In this document: positions 30,286 through 44,179 of the stretch, piece by piece
How positions within the stretch are numbered: the stretch's first letter is position 1
Layout of the letters: each line of letters starts with the position of its first letter
Assembly (NCBI RefSeq): GCF_009914755.1
Contig: NC_060930.1
Length of the DNA stretch: 64,000 bases
Direction: 5' to 3' (one strand)
Source: the human T2T-CHM13v2.0 reference genome, Homo sapiens
Made by a program: the position numbers and the translations under genes
The notes under the pieces: model-generated
What the model was told of the DNA's origin: nothing
Databases searched by the model: none
Seen by the model: only the letters and a program-made list of their open reading frames with translations

Positions 30286-30768
30286 AAATTTATCCAAACT
30301 TTAGGTTGTTTTTGGCAAAATATATACAACTGAGGACCACAAAGGACAGAAATATATGTAGGAAGAAGCTTAGCTACTCTGAAACAATTAACTGGAAAAA
30401 AGAACAAAGGAAAGTAATTATGCAGTTACATAGTCATTCAAGGCTACTGGACATTGTTTGAGGGAGATAATGTCAGATCCCTGGTATGAATGAAAAGAAG
30501 AGTGGGATTAGAACATGTTTTCCTGCTAGCCTGCAAAGTTCACTCTCAGTATGTCTTGACTATTAGGACTCTGCATGATTCATATTAGGTCTTGACAGCA
30601 GTAGGCCCTGATAATTCTAATGTCTGTATAAGCAGAATTCCACTGGGTGGGAGCAGAAAACAAGGCTATTCCTCTGCCCCTTCAAACCAATTCTTAGCTT
30701 TTGCTGTGACTCAAGTCATTTTTAGTCACCAGAGCAACCCATTTTAGTAAACAAAATGTGCAGTTCAA

Positions 30769-31615
30769 TGTAACACATTTCCAAGCTTCATTTAAAGTTA
30801 GAACTTCTCCCTGACCCCAGCCTGGACCCACTGGGTCACAGAGGCTTCCAATCTCCTGCCTTCCTTCTCCTTTCCTTTGCCCTTACTGAGTTGCAGGCTG
30901 AGAATGACGAGAGGTAGAAGAGGTAAGGGACAGGGCGGACCCTGCTGGACCAGCAGTGATGTCATCAGGTCCTGGTTCCCAGGCTTGGAGCAGATTCCCA
31001 GAGCTGATTCTTCCTCTGATGGAATGATTCCGTGGATTCCTTAAAGATGCTCCTCACTGGAGGCCTCCCTCTGCAGTCCCCTAGATATAAGCAATGCCTC
31101 TAATTGACAGGCTACATATACGTAATCCCTTTGCCCCTGCACACCACTGGAATTCCCTTCCAGGCAGTGCTCTTGAACTTGATTCAACAGGGCTCCAAGC
31201 CAGATTCTTCCTATGTGGCCTAAGTCTAGTTGAGTCCAAGAACCACTACACACTCCTGCCACCCTTGCTGAGCAAGCAGTGCACTCACAGTACAGACCTT
31301 TCCCACTCCTTTGCTCTGCCATCTTGGGCTACTCTAGCTAGAACTTCTCCACCAGCCCTCATGCTCCCCAACTTCAGGAAGCATAGGTCAAGCTCTCAGA
31401 GTGTTTTCCTTGAAGCCCCTCTCTAGCTTGGCTTAAGGTGATGGAGAACTGACAATCACCAACCCCTCCCCTTACAAGGTATGATCAGGCAAACCCAGAA
31501 GTATTCCAGCAACATACTCCAAAGAAATCCTCTCTCTTACTCTGCATCTTTAACCTCATTAAATTTATGCCTTTGAGAGGAAAATGGGTAGGGGTTTAAG
31601 TATTCTGTTTTTACA
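30769..31615. mobile_element. Possible very old LTR, unclassified
   Basis: GC-richer ~0.8-kb block starting tgtaac; family not recognised. Confidence 0.25.
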
Positions 31616-33430
31616 GTGGTGGTCTAGCACCTCTTCTTAAAACATCAGGGTTTTGGGAAACCATTATTTTGTTGTTGGCCTTTGTTACCTCAACCAAAAC
31701 TCAGACTTAAAAATCCTTTTAACTTGTTAACACGAATTCTCTCCACATTAAGTAAAACATATTAGTTTATATTGTTTTACAAATGATTGACCCAGGTAAT
31801 ATATTTTAAATCATGAGCTACCATTATTGCCTGCCTCCCTGCTACCCCTATAGTTTTTATAGCTTAGTAAATGACTGTAAATTTAGAGGAGTAACAGGAG
31901 AATGCTAATCATCTCATTGCAAAAGAAGAACAACAAAAACTTATTTCTCCCTTGTTTGTCAACTCATTCAGGAACTCGCTCCACTGTATGAGTAAGAACA
32001 AAATGTTGTAGTAGTAAATACAAACATAAAGCATAATTAAATCTTGCTTAATTGGAATATTTTGAATAAACTACTCTGCTAAATTGAATTTTCAGGTTAA
32101 GCAGCAACCCCTTTCTGTTTCACTGTTTGTTATTAAATATCTTCCTTAAATTCCTTAGCTGCCTTAAATTCCTTTTGAAATCAGGCAACATATAAACGAA
32201 CTCAAATTAAAATATATTTCCTTTTCTGCCTTAGTATGGATTGTAGGAAGCTTAATTTAATATTGAGAATTATAGGAAATGGAAGGTAGTAGCCCTTGTA
32301 CCCTTGGCCTTCCTGCTCTGATTTTCTTACACACTTCTGGGGATATCCATGCCCTATAGGAAAGTAAAGCAATGGGCAGGGCAGCCTCATACCTGAGCAG
32401 CTAGGAATCAAAGTCAAGTCATTAGTCTCCAGCCAGGTACTGCTTTGAGCGTGAGAATGTGAAGAACCCAATTTGAAACACTGTCCTAGATTCCACTGTG
32501 TTGAGGGAAGACTGCCAGAATAATATACTGACATAATAATTTGCTTGCTCTTCTGTACTCTTCTCTTACTCTATTTCATGCAGTTAGCCAGGCTTTTTAC
32601 TTCCTCCATGAAGGATTTTGGCAGAATATGCTGGAGGTCAACAATTTTTGAGTAACACCCATTGAATAAATTTTGTGGTGAGACTACAGGATAGGAGGAG
32701 AGTGATTTTGAGAGGCTAACAGTAGGGGCAGGGAATTCTATAAGTTGTGGAGGAGTGAGGGGCCTATGGGACCCTGGCAGTTTTCTCAGAGGAGGTGAAA
32801 GTCTGGAGAAACAGAGTTTGCAAGGTGTACCTTGGGAGGAGGGATTTCAGGCATAGTTTTCTGGTTTAGGCAAAGGCGCCTACTTCATCCATGATAATAG
32901 TAGAACTTTTGAAGAGAATGGAACCATATATACAGTAATAATGAATATTTGGAACAAAAACCAATATGGCCTAATGACTGAAAGGGGTTTTCATGTGCAT
33001 TGGTGTCATCTAAGACCCCAAAATCTTTATACAACTTAGGGCATGAGTACGTGTAGTCAAGGAAAAGAGACACCAAAGAGACTAAGCCTAGTAGGACTGA
33101 TGCTGGGAGTAAAATTAAGTAGATTTAAAGAATGATGACATTTGTTGCACCCTGGGTATGTGCACTAAGACTCCTTGTCTCTGAGTTCAATGAGTTTAGG
33201 ACCCATGGTTGTGTTTATTCACCATTAAATCCCTTAGTCCAGCCCTTGGCACCTAAAAGGTGCATAGTAAAGTAGAAATGCACAACTTCTCCATTAGAAT
33301 CTTCCATTGTGTTGCATAGAATAAGAGACCTGTTGATATTCTTGACTTAATTTTCTTATCTCTAAAATATTGAAAGGAGTTTTTTTTTTTGTCTCAGAAG
33401 GTTGTAATAGGGTTTAAATGAAAAACACAA

Positions 33431-33866
<436 letters not shown>

Positions 33867-34308
33867 TCACAGATTTCTGAGGGCTCTCTGTCTGTCTTTT
33901 TCTAGGCTTCCCCAGAAGCCATGGTTACCCAAGGCAAGGTTCCGAGGTAGGTGATGATGTTGCAGATGGCCTTTTTGTGTAAATGACTAGGCAGCTAGTC
34001 AATAGTCTGTGAGGTGCCTGGAGCTGTATTTCCCCTCAGCAGGGGCACATTATCCTTGATGGTGACTGACTTAGCCACCTAGATCCTTTGAATAGGGATT
34101 TCAAGTATGAAGTACTAAAGAGTCAACGGTTACTAATGCAGGCAGAAAGTCATCCACTTATTTATTCAACAAACACTTATTAAGTCTCAACTATTTTCCA
34201 AATACTCTTCTAGAAGATGACAAATAGCTAACACAGAAAACAAACGAATATTCTGCCCTCCTAGTGCTTTACATACATTCCTGTGGGAGATAAAACAATA
34301 AACACATA

Positions 34309-35029
34309 CTATTTTTAATTGATTCAAAGACACGCATCTTTTCACATTTTTAGATCTCTGGAAAAGGGAATACATCTTATAGTCACTGGCATCTTACAAG
34401 CACACCAGTCATTTTTCTATGTGAACTTAGATATAACTGTTTATAACTATAAACACAATTAAATTATGTGCATTGCTGGAATTTAAATACTGCTTAAAAT
34501 GCCTTCAAAGGATAGCACTCTTATGTGGCTGAAAAAGAAAATGTAGACTAAACAGTCTCAGAAATAGAGAAATGGGACATAAATTGATGTTAGAATACCA
34601 AGTATTACCATTTGAAGAATGACCACAAGTTTATATTTCTTGCTTTATTAATACTAAGAAAGGAAGATGCTCACAAGTGGATGAAGCTGTATTGCATTTT
34701 ATTAGTGAGATACTGTGTGGAAAAACACAGACATTGACAAGTATGAGTTGAGGAATGAATCAGAAGATTAACCTGAATGTAAAGATGTTTTATGTATAAC
34801 TAAATTGATTTATTTTGCTTACATTTCCCTTTTTATGGGAAGGAGATATGATTTTTTTAAAAACCATGTCTAAATAAGTCTAAAAGAGCTCTTTCAATGA
34901 GTATAAAATAAAAATTTTAAGTGACAAGAAAGATGATGTGAATTTTGTCAGAGTTTCTCTTTCTTGATGGGTGTATGAAATAATAGCACATATTTCAACT
35001 GATAACATCTCAGAACTGATGAAATTCAG
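34309..35029 (+). mobile_element. Kanga/MER104-like Tc2 DNA transposon
   Basis: Ends resemble ccgtatttcatcgattctaagacgcac / catcttagattcgatgaaatacgg (here ttgattcaaagacacgcatcttttcacatttt ... catctcagaactgatgaaattcag). Confidence 0.65.
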
Positions 35030-36484
35030 CAGCTATATAATGTCCATGCTAAGTGCCATAAAGAAAATAAAGCAGGTAAGGAGATAGAGAGTAATGGGAA
35101 GATTGTGTTGTTTTCAGGTGTGGTATTCAAGGAACACCTTCCTACTAAAAAGACATTTAAGCAGAAATCTATAAGAATTGAGAAAGTAAACCATGCAGAT
35201 GTCTGGGGAGGGCTTTTCCACATAGAAGTACTGCAAAGGCAGATGTTCCGGAGAGAGAGGATGTATGAAGTGTCTGAGGAATAGAAAAGAGTTTCCTGTG
35301 GCTGGAGCACAGTGAATGAGGGGGAGAGTGATATTAGCTGAAGTCCAAGAAGTAGTGGTGGAGGTACATACACATTATGGGAGACCTGGGAGACTATGGC
35401 AAGGACTTTGGATTTTAGTCTTAGTTTGATGGAAAGTCATTGGGGATTTTTCAACACTAAATACTGCATGAAGAACAGAGTAGGCAGCAAGGTAGGAGCT
35501 ATTGCAATAGTCCGTGGAAGACTTGATGGCAGCATGTACTAGAATATTCATGGTGGAGGTGATGATTGCATTTTGAATGCATTTTGGAGGTAAAATCCAC
35601 AGGATTCATGGATGGGTTGTATATGCAGATATGAGAAAAGGAAATCAAAGATGGCTCCAAAGTTTTTGGCCTGTATACCTTATTAAATGGTGGTATCCCT
35701 CATTGAAAAAGGTATGACTCTGGGAAAATAAGGCCTTGAAGAGAGCATAAGGAAAGGAATTATTACCTAAGTTACACATCTAAGAGGAAAAGGTGACTAC
35801 ACAGTCAATATAAGACTCATTGATCAGGGCAGAGGCTGAGGCTGTAGAAATACATTTAGGAGTCCTCAGAGTATGGATGGTATTGAAAGTTATCAGACAG
35901 GATGAGATCACCATGGGAGAGTGGGTAAAAGAGAGTGAAAGAGGGAAGCAGCCAGTGAATTGGGGAGAAATCAGGAGTATTTTGAAGCCAAGTGAAGAAA
36001 GTGTTTTGAGAAGGTGAAACTAATTAATGCAGTGTCAAATGTTGCTGACAGGCCAGTTAAGATGAGACCTGAGCATTGAGCATTGGACTAAGAAATGTAA
36101 AGGTCATTGATGGCATTGACAGAGCCCTTTCAGTAGAAAAGTGGATACACAACCAGACTGGAGTAGATTCAAGAGAAAATAGAAGGAGAAGACAGTGAGA
36201 CTGAGGAAAGACAGAGCGTAGGTGACTTTTTCACGGGGAAAGAGAAACGGGTCAGATGCTGGGGGGAGATGTGAAAAGTTTTCTCCTTTCTGCATTTTTT
36301 TAAATAATGAAAATTATTACAGGATCTAAGTGTTGTTGATGATAATGTGGGCAACCCAACAGAGATAAAATATTGGAAAGAAAATAACCCAAGAGTGGAC
36401 AAAAAGCAAGGAGATTCAATGAACAAGTGAAAGACTTGTATAAGAGCTTTAAAAAGTCTGTGATCATGGTCCAGATTCAAGTCA

Positions 36485-36935
36485 TATTAACAGACAATTC
36501 GCCATGGGCCTCTCAGGGTTTTGCATATCTTGTGAACAAAGGCACTGACTCCTTTTATTTCCAAGTACCTCTTTAAAGATGTTGGTATAATAAATAGCCT
36601 TGGCAGATAGAGATCCTGTCTCCCTCTGGAGCAAAGAGGAGACCTGTTCTCTGCCCATCATAAAAGATGTGAGTCCCTAGTCTCAGGGTTCTTCTTCTGA
36701 ACACAGCCTATGGCATCAGCAAGGATCCGTTGGGACTTATTTGTCAGGGACATGGAGGAGTGGGAAAGGTTGGTAAATATGCTGATGCTCATGTTGCTTT
36801 CTGTGCAATGAATAATATAGTTATTTGTCTCTGACCCAGGAGTCCTGGGTCTTCTGCCAGCATTCATGAAACCCTATTAGGCTAACTTGTTAACTTACAT
36901 ATGTGGTAAAATCTCAGACCATTCAGTCCTTGACA
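36485..36935 (+). mobile_element. LTR40 (ERVL) solo LTR
   Basis: gacaattcgccatgggcctctc, gatagagatcctgtctccctctggagcaaag, tgtctctgacccaggagtc, ends cttgaca. Confidence 0.8.
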
Positions 36936-37697
36936 TAGCTCTGCCAAGTCATACTGGGGGCATATGTGAGGATTTTTGGACATAATTATAGAGTACCAAT
37001 GGTCTGTATGGTCATTCATTTTTCTCTAGCCACTTTTGGCAACAGGGGTATAAAAGGAGAAGAGGCAGAAAATTAGACTTAACTAGGGGTTGGATTTCAT
37101 TCAAGGTAAGAATGCTGAAGTGAAATCATGGTGGACTTGAAGAATTGCTGAAATCTCTATAGTAGGGGTATGATCTGAAAAGGTAGAAAGGAGGAGTTTG
37201 GTAGTAAGATGCTTGAAATTGAAAATTTGCAGTCTATCAACTTAACCACTCAGCTACTTTATCACAACAGCAAAATTGACATTCTGGAAGTGGTAACATT
37301 ATGGGTAATTGGTCCCTACGTTGATACTGATGTCACCAAGAATGAAGACCAAGGTAGTGGTAGAAAGGTAATAAATCAGAGATAAAACCTCCCACGAGTG
37401 AGAAGAGTGTTGTAGATGACTACAATAAGAAGGTGGTATATTCTTATCAAGGTGGTGTTCCTTCCTACAGTGAGTACCTTAACAGAAAGTCATAGAAAAT
37501 CACCCTCTGGATGAATGCAGCCTTGCTCAAACGTGGCTTGGAGAATGGTTTATATCTCTGTGCAAATTAGAAAATGGAACCCTTCTTCTGGTCACAGCCA
37601 GCATCCACAAAGCCTTCTATAGGCTCTGCCTCCACATCACTGCATGGTAGCCCTGAAGAGGATGGCATTTGTTTCCCCCAAAATAAGCTATTTCTGA

Positions 37698-37991
<294 letters not shown>

Positions 37992-38445
37992 GAAATTTTT
38001 GTATTTTTGTTTATTTTAAGGAAGAAGGGGAGTTTTTTCTAGGAATGGCAATGGCAAGAATGGATAAAGACTTACAAGGGATGGTTGTTATTCTCCTGCA
38101 TCCCAAGACCAAATGTTCTGTAGGATGCAGGAGAATAACAATCATCACTTGTAAGGATCATAGGGGTAGCAAAGCCCTCAAGGGAGAGTCTGGCTACAGT
38201 GAGAGGAAAAAGGTTTAGAGAAGAATTCAAAGACATAGAGTATTTAACTGAGACAGGCAATGAGTGTCAAAATGCAAAATGGGTAGCTGGCCTGGGAGGG
38301 TGGAAGACTGTGCAAAATTAGAGACTCATATGCAGATAAGAATCCCAGAGATAATGAAGGATAATCTAGAAAGTCTGTGTGGTAAGATAGAACTTTATGG
38401 ATTTAGACTTGATGGTCTCTTAGCATTTTCAAATTATTCTAACTA

Positions 38446-40353
38446 TAGGCACACCTGGTTTTATTGTTATTCACAGATATTGTGCTTTACGTTAATTGTA
38501 CTTCACAGATACTTCACTTTTTACAAATTGAAGGTTTGTGGCAACCCTGTGTTGAACAAGTCTGTCGCCATCATTTTTTCCAAAAGCCTGTGCTTGCTGT
38601 GTGTCTCTGTGTTACATTTTGGTAATTCTCTTAGTATTTCAAACTTTTTCATTCTTATTATGTCTGTTATGATGATCTGTGATCAGTCATCTTTGATGTT
38701 ACTATTGTAATTGTTTTCAGGAACCATGAACCACCCCTGTATAAGACAATGAACTTGATAAATGTTATGCATGTTTTGACTGCTCCACTGACCAGCTGCT
38801 CCCCTGTCTCTATCCCTCTCTTCAATCCTCTCTATTCCTTCAGAGACAATAATATTGACATTAGGCCAATTAATAGCCCTACGATGGCTTTGATGTATTT
38901 GAGTAAAAGGAAGAGTCATACATCTCTCACTTTAAATCAAAAGCTAAAAATGATTAAGCTTAGTGAGGAAGGCATGTCAAAAGCCAAGACAGACTGAAAG
39001 CGAGGCCTCTTGCACCAAACAGCTAAGTAGTAAACGCAAACAAAAAGTTCTTGAAGGAAATTAAAAGTGCTACTCCAGTGAACACATGAATAATAATAAT
39101 AATAATAATAAAGCAAAACATCCCTATTGCTGATGTGGAGAAAGTTTGAGTAGTCTGGATGGAAGATCAACTCAGCCATAACATTCCGTTAAGCCAAAGT
39201 CTAATCCACAGCAAAGGCCAAATTCTCTTCTATTTTATGAAGGCTGAGAGGTGTGAGAAAGCTGCAAAAGAAAAATTGGAAGCTAGCAGAGGTCGGATCA
39301 TGAGGTTTAAGGAAAGAAGCCATCTCTATCACATAAAAGTATAAGATGAAGCAGCAAGTACTGATGTAGAAGCTGCAGCAAGTTCTACAGAAGATCTAGC
39401 TCAGATCATTGATGAAGGTGGCTACACTAAACTGTTTGAATGTGGATGAAACAGCTTTAAATTGAAAGAAGATGCCTTGTAGGACTTTCATAGTTAGAGA
39501 TGAGAAGTCAGTGCCTGGTTTCAAAGCTTCAAAGAGCAGTTTGACTCTTTGGTTAGGGGCTAATATAGCTTGGGACTTTAAGTTGAAGCCAAGGTTCATT
39601 TACCATTCTGAAAATCATAGGGCCTTTAATAATTATGCTAAATCTACTCTGCCAATGCTCTACTAATGAAACAACAAAGCTGGGATGACAGCACATCTGT
39701 TGACAGCATGGTTTACTGAATATTTAAAGTCCATTATTGAGAACCACTGCTCAGAAAAAAAGATTTCTTTCAAAATCTTACTGCTCACTGATAGCACCTG
39801 GTCACCCAAGAGCTCTGACAGAGATGTACAAGGAGATAAATGTTGTTTTATGCCTGCTTACACAATTCATTTTTCAGCCAATGGATCAAGGAGTAATTTC
39901 AACTTCCAAGTCTTATTATTTAAGAAATAAGTTTCATAAAGCTATAGTATAAATAGTGATTCCTCTGATGGATCTGGGCAAAGTAAATTAAAAACCTTCT
40001 GGAAAGAATTCACCATTCTAGATGCCATTAAGAACGTTTCTGATTTATAGAAAGAGGGCAAAATATCAACCTTAACAAGAGTTTGGAAGTTGATTCCAAT
40101 GCTCATAGATGACTTTGAAGGGGCCGAGACTTCAGTGGAGGAAGTAACTGCAGATGTAGTGGAAATAAAAAGAGAACCAGAATTAGAATTAAGGCCTGAA
40201 GATGTGAATGAATTGCTGCAACCTGATAAAACTTTCAAGGATGAGGAGTTGCTTCTTATGGATGAACAAAGAAAGTGGTTTCTTGAGATAAAATCTAATC
40301 TGGTGAAGACATATAAACTATCTTAAAATAACAACAAAGAATATTACAAAAAT
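38446..40353 (+). mobile_element. Tigger1, 5' TIR present, 3' end missing
   Basis: TA|taggcacacctggttttattg; tacaaattgaaggtttgtggcaaccctg; no right TIR after the Alu at 40355. Confidence 0.95.
38884..40326 (+). pseudogene. Dead Tigger1 (pogo/CENP-B-like) transposase
   Basis: Fragments [69 protein letters not shown]; many stops and frameshifts. Confidence 0.92.
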
Positions 40354-40354
40354 T

Positions 40355-40552
40355 GGCTGGGTGTGGTGACTCACACATGTATTCCCAGCACTTTGGGAGG
40401 CCGAGGCAGGTGGATCACCTGAGGTCAGGAGTTTGAGACTAGCTTGGCCAACATGGCTAGTCTCTACTAAAAATGCAAAATTTTTTTACCCCATCTCTAC
40501 TAAAAATACAAAAATTAGCCAGGCATGGTGGCAGGCACCTATAATCCCAGCT
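40355..40552 (+). mobile_element. 3'-truncated AluS with internal rearrangement
   Basis: Left arm and start of right arm only; linker duplicated; no tail. Confidence 0.93.
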
Positions 40553-40687
40553 CATGTCAATCTACAGCGGCTTTTCAATCACTACAGCTTCTGGGGACCA
40601 CTAGGGCTATTGCTGGAGTTTCAACTGAAATCAATGCCTCCAACAGATCCTCAAGAGGGAGGCCAGCTGACATAGTATCTTGACATT

Positions 40688-40748
40688 CCTCCCTCCCTTC
40701 TTCCATCCCTTTCTTCCTTCCTGCCTATTCTCCCTCCTTCCTTCCTTT
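40688..40748. repeat. CT-rich (CCTT)n-like tract
   Basis: Seen directly. Confidence 0.8.
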
Positions 40749-40938
40749 ATATTCTTACAATAAACCTCTATTGTCTAAGGTAGATTTAACATATGTGTGA
40801 CCTTTGAAAATAGAAGGGACCTGATGGATGAACAATGGCAGTAAATCACAATGCCTCACACATATTGGCAGGTCAAAAATAGTAACAAAGAGTAACAAAA
40901 TGGGCTCCTCCCAGGATTCAGACTTACCTTCTCTAAAA

Positions 40939-41067
40939 CAGTGCCTCCGTAACTTCCTTGTGCAAATGAATCACCTGGGAATCCAGTGCAAGTGTAGATT
41001 CAGTGGATCTGGAGTGGGGCCCTGCCTCCTGCCTGCTGGTCTGCACGCTACACTTAGCATAGAAAGA
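40939..41067. mobile_element. MER5A
   Basis: gaatcacctggg...tgtagattcagtggatctggagtgggg. Confidence 0.7.
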
Positions 41068-41110
41068 CTCTAGAGCAGGGAGAGAGGAATATGGACATTT
41101 ATGTATAAAG

Positions 41111-41439
41111 CAGCACTGCCCAGCCTTTTTGTCACCAGGGACCTATTTCATGGAAGACAATTTTTGCATGGATAGTTGTCGGGGGATGGTTTTGGGATGA
41201 TTCATCCTCCTTATGAGAATCTTCATTTATTATTAGATTCTCATAAGGAGTATGCCCAACCTAGATCCCTCGCATGCACAGTTCACAACAGGGTTCATGC
41301 TCCTAAGAGAATCTAATGCCACCGCTTATCTGACAGGAGGCTGAGCTCAGCCTCGCTCACTTGCTCGCCACTCACCTCCTGCTGTGTGGCAGGGTTCCCA
41401 ACAGGTACTAGTCCGTGGTCTGGGCATTGGAGATCCCTG
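41111..41439 (+). mobile_element. MER1B (hAT-Charlie)
   Basis: caccagggacc...ggaagacaattttt, ctagatccctcgcatgcacagttcac; 8-bp TSD gtataaag/ctataaag. Confidence 0.9.
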
Positions 41440-41492
41440 CTATAAAGGGCCAGATTGTAAATATCTTAGATTTTGGGGACTAAAATCTAAAA

Positions 41493-42050
41493 TATTTTAG
41501 TCAGGGTTCTCTAGAGGGACAGAACTAGTAAGATAGTTGTATATATGAAAGGGAGTTTATTTAGGAGAATTGACTCACACGATCACAGGGTGAAGTCCCA
41601 GGATAGGCCTTCTACAAGCTGAGAAGCAAGGAAGCCAGTCCAAGTCCCAAAACCTCAAAAGTAGGGAAGCCAATAGTGCAGCCTTCAGTCTGTGGTCAAA
41701 GGCCTGAGAACCCCCAGAAAACAACTGGTGTAAATCCAAGAGTCCAAAGGCCAAGGAACCCGGAGTCTGATGAAGGGCAGAAAGCATCAAGCATAGGAGA
41801 AAGATGAAAGCCAGAAGACTCAGCAAGCCAGCTTATCCCACCTTCTCCCACCTGCATTGTTCTAGCAGTACTGACAGCCAATTGGATGGTGTCCATCCAG
41901 ATTGAGGGTGGGTCTTCCTCTCCCAGTCACTCACTCAAGTGTTAATCTCCTCTGGCAACATTCTCGCAGATACACCCAGAAACAATTATTTACCTGCTAT
42001 CCAAGCATCCTTCAATCCAATCAAGTTGACACCTAATATTAACCATCATA
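41493..42050 (-). mobile_element. MLT2A2-like solo LTR (HERVL)
   Basis: ttagtcagggttctctagagggacagaact ... aaaacctcaaaagtagggaagcc ... caatcaagttgacacctaatattaaccatca; TSD gggac. Confidence 0.9.
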
Positions 42051-42233
42051 GGGACCACACAGTCTCTGTCATAACTCTACTACTCTGCCATTGTAGTATG
42101 AAAGCACAAGGCCATAGACAATAAAGAAGTGTACCTATGCTTCAATAAACTTTTATTTGTGGACACTATAATTTGAATTTCATATGATTTTTTACATGTC
42201 ACAAAATATAACTTTGCTTTCATTTTTTTCTCA

Positions 42234-42593
<360 letters not shown>

Positions 42594-42673
42594 TCACAAG
42601 TCACACAAAAATACATGTTGAGCCAGATTTGGCCCAGAAGCACTAGTTTGCCAGCTCCTGCTCCAGAGAGAAT

Positions 42674-42990
42674 CTGTTAGTTTCCTATGCCCAAAATCAA
42701 TTTCACTGTCCCATAAATACACCTTCATTTTGGGGGAGATGGTGGAGGGAGACTACCATGGTTTCAATTTCCTGAAGTCATAATGGGGCCATGAATTACG
42801 ATATCCTGACCGAAGTGTAGGCATATGACCCAAGCTAGGCCAATCATGTATTCTCTCTCAGGAATTTGGCTCTTTGATAAAGTGACCTAAGGTTTTATGA
42901 TGCCAGTTTCTCCCATGGGGGCGCCCAAAAGACAGTGTCCAGTAGTTCTGCTTCCTAGATCCGGGAGGCATTGAGATAATTCCTTTGTAG
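42674..42990 (+). mobile_element. LTR33/LTR16-like ERVL LTR fragment
   Basis: ggcatatgacccaagctaggccaatca motif. Confidence 0.45.
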
Positions 42991-43045
42991 AAAATTGTCT
43001 TGCAATAATATGGTATACACATCTGAAACCTTCCTAGCTATAACG

Positions 43046-43776
43046 TATGCCAGTTTATTTATTAGAATTTAAATCTAAATTTGTACTTTTTTGCCAGCTC
43101 CATGAAAATGCATCTGGGCCCTTTAAATATTTTTCTTTTGTCAGCTGGTAGAATGTGAAGCTATAGCAGTTGAGGGCAATGGAGAAGCACTGCAGAAGGA
43201 AAGGGTTTTGCTTGCTGGTGCTGGTGTGTCAGCCTGGAAAGCCCTATAGTGTGACAGTTTCCCCAGCACAAAGCTCCTGAAGCAGGCACAGCTCCTCCAG
43301 TATTTCACTTCTGGATCATGTGCAGCTTTTGCAGCATTAGGCTTCTGCAGTGCACAGCAGCCGGCAGCTGCCCCTGGAACACCCTTTAGGTGGTTTTGCC
43401 ACAAAGTGCCTCTGGTGAGATATATCCCTGTGAATAGGTTTCCTCAGCAGCCTTCATTCGCTGGAAGATTTTCAGCAAGTTGTACTGGTATGACGTCACA
43501 ATTATCTGCCATCTGGTTAGCTATGTCATGCCCTCTCCAACATGGTTGGGATCTCAGCCTTGAGGGGAGGGAGCTCTTCCATGGGCGTCCAGCTAAGCCA
43601 CAAAGGTAGTGGCTACTGCTTATATCTGTTATTTCTGCATTGTTTAGAGTTCATTTCTTATTACTGATCCCTTGTTACTGTAATATTCTATTGGAATTAA
43701 TCATTCTTTTTATTGAACTTTCTCTGTTAAAATAACTGTGTGGTTTCTGTATCCCGTTTGGACTCAGACTGACATG
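43046..43776 (+). mobile_element. LTR41 (ERVL) solo LTR
   Basis: tatgccagtt..., ctgggccctttaaatattt, aataactgtgtggtttctg; 5-bp TSD taacg/taacc. Confidence 0.82.
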
Positions 43777-44179
43777 TAACCAAATTAACCTCCAAAATGA
43801 TGATACCAATTCACTATTTTATACCAGCAGTGTATGAGAGTTTTCATTTCATCAGTCCTTTGAATTAGAAGATCTTTAATGGTTGCCTGTTTGATGAGTT
43901 TGAAATTGTATCTCCTGGAAGTTTTAATGTGGTGTTTCCTGATCCTGAGCCCCCTTTAACCAGTCTCCTCAAGCATTATCTGCACTGGGCTCTGCCATAC
44001 CAGGCAGAGGCCTGGCTCCTCTAGGCTTTAACTGGTCACTCTCTGGACACTGTGCCACACAAAGTACCTTGAAGCAGTAAGGTGTTTTCTTCATAAAGAT
44101 TCTAGGCCCAAATCTGATTACTATGTTAGACTCTTTCAGATTCCTATGGCCTACATTTTAGAAACCTCTGATTCACCAA

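Larger units (their letters stand above)
34160..37480 (-). mobile_element. Long L2 fossil split by Kanga-like and LTR40 elements
   Basis: tttattcaacaaacacttatt (3' end), then purine-rich antisense L2 text (gtgtcaaatgttgctgac, aggtcattgatggcattgac); limits approximate. Confidence 0.75.

Noticed and set aside
38884-40326. Possible domesticated TIGD1-like gene
   Set aside because: Numerous stops and frameshifts; an ordinary dead Tigger1 copy
42912-42928. CTCF-like cccatgggggcgcc (also 15296-15310 and 5432-5445)
   Set aside because: Too many mismatches at high-information positions
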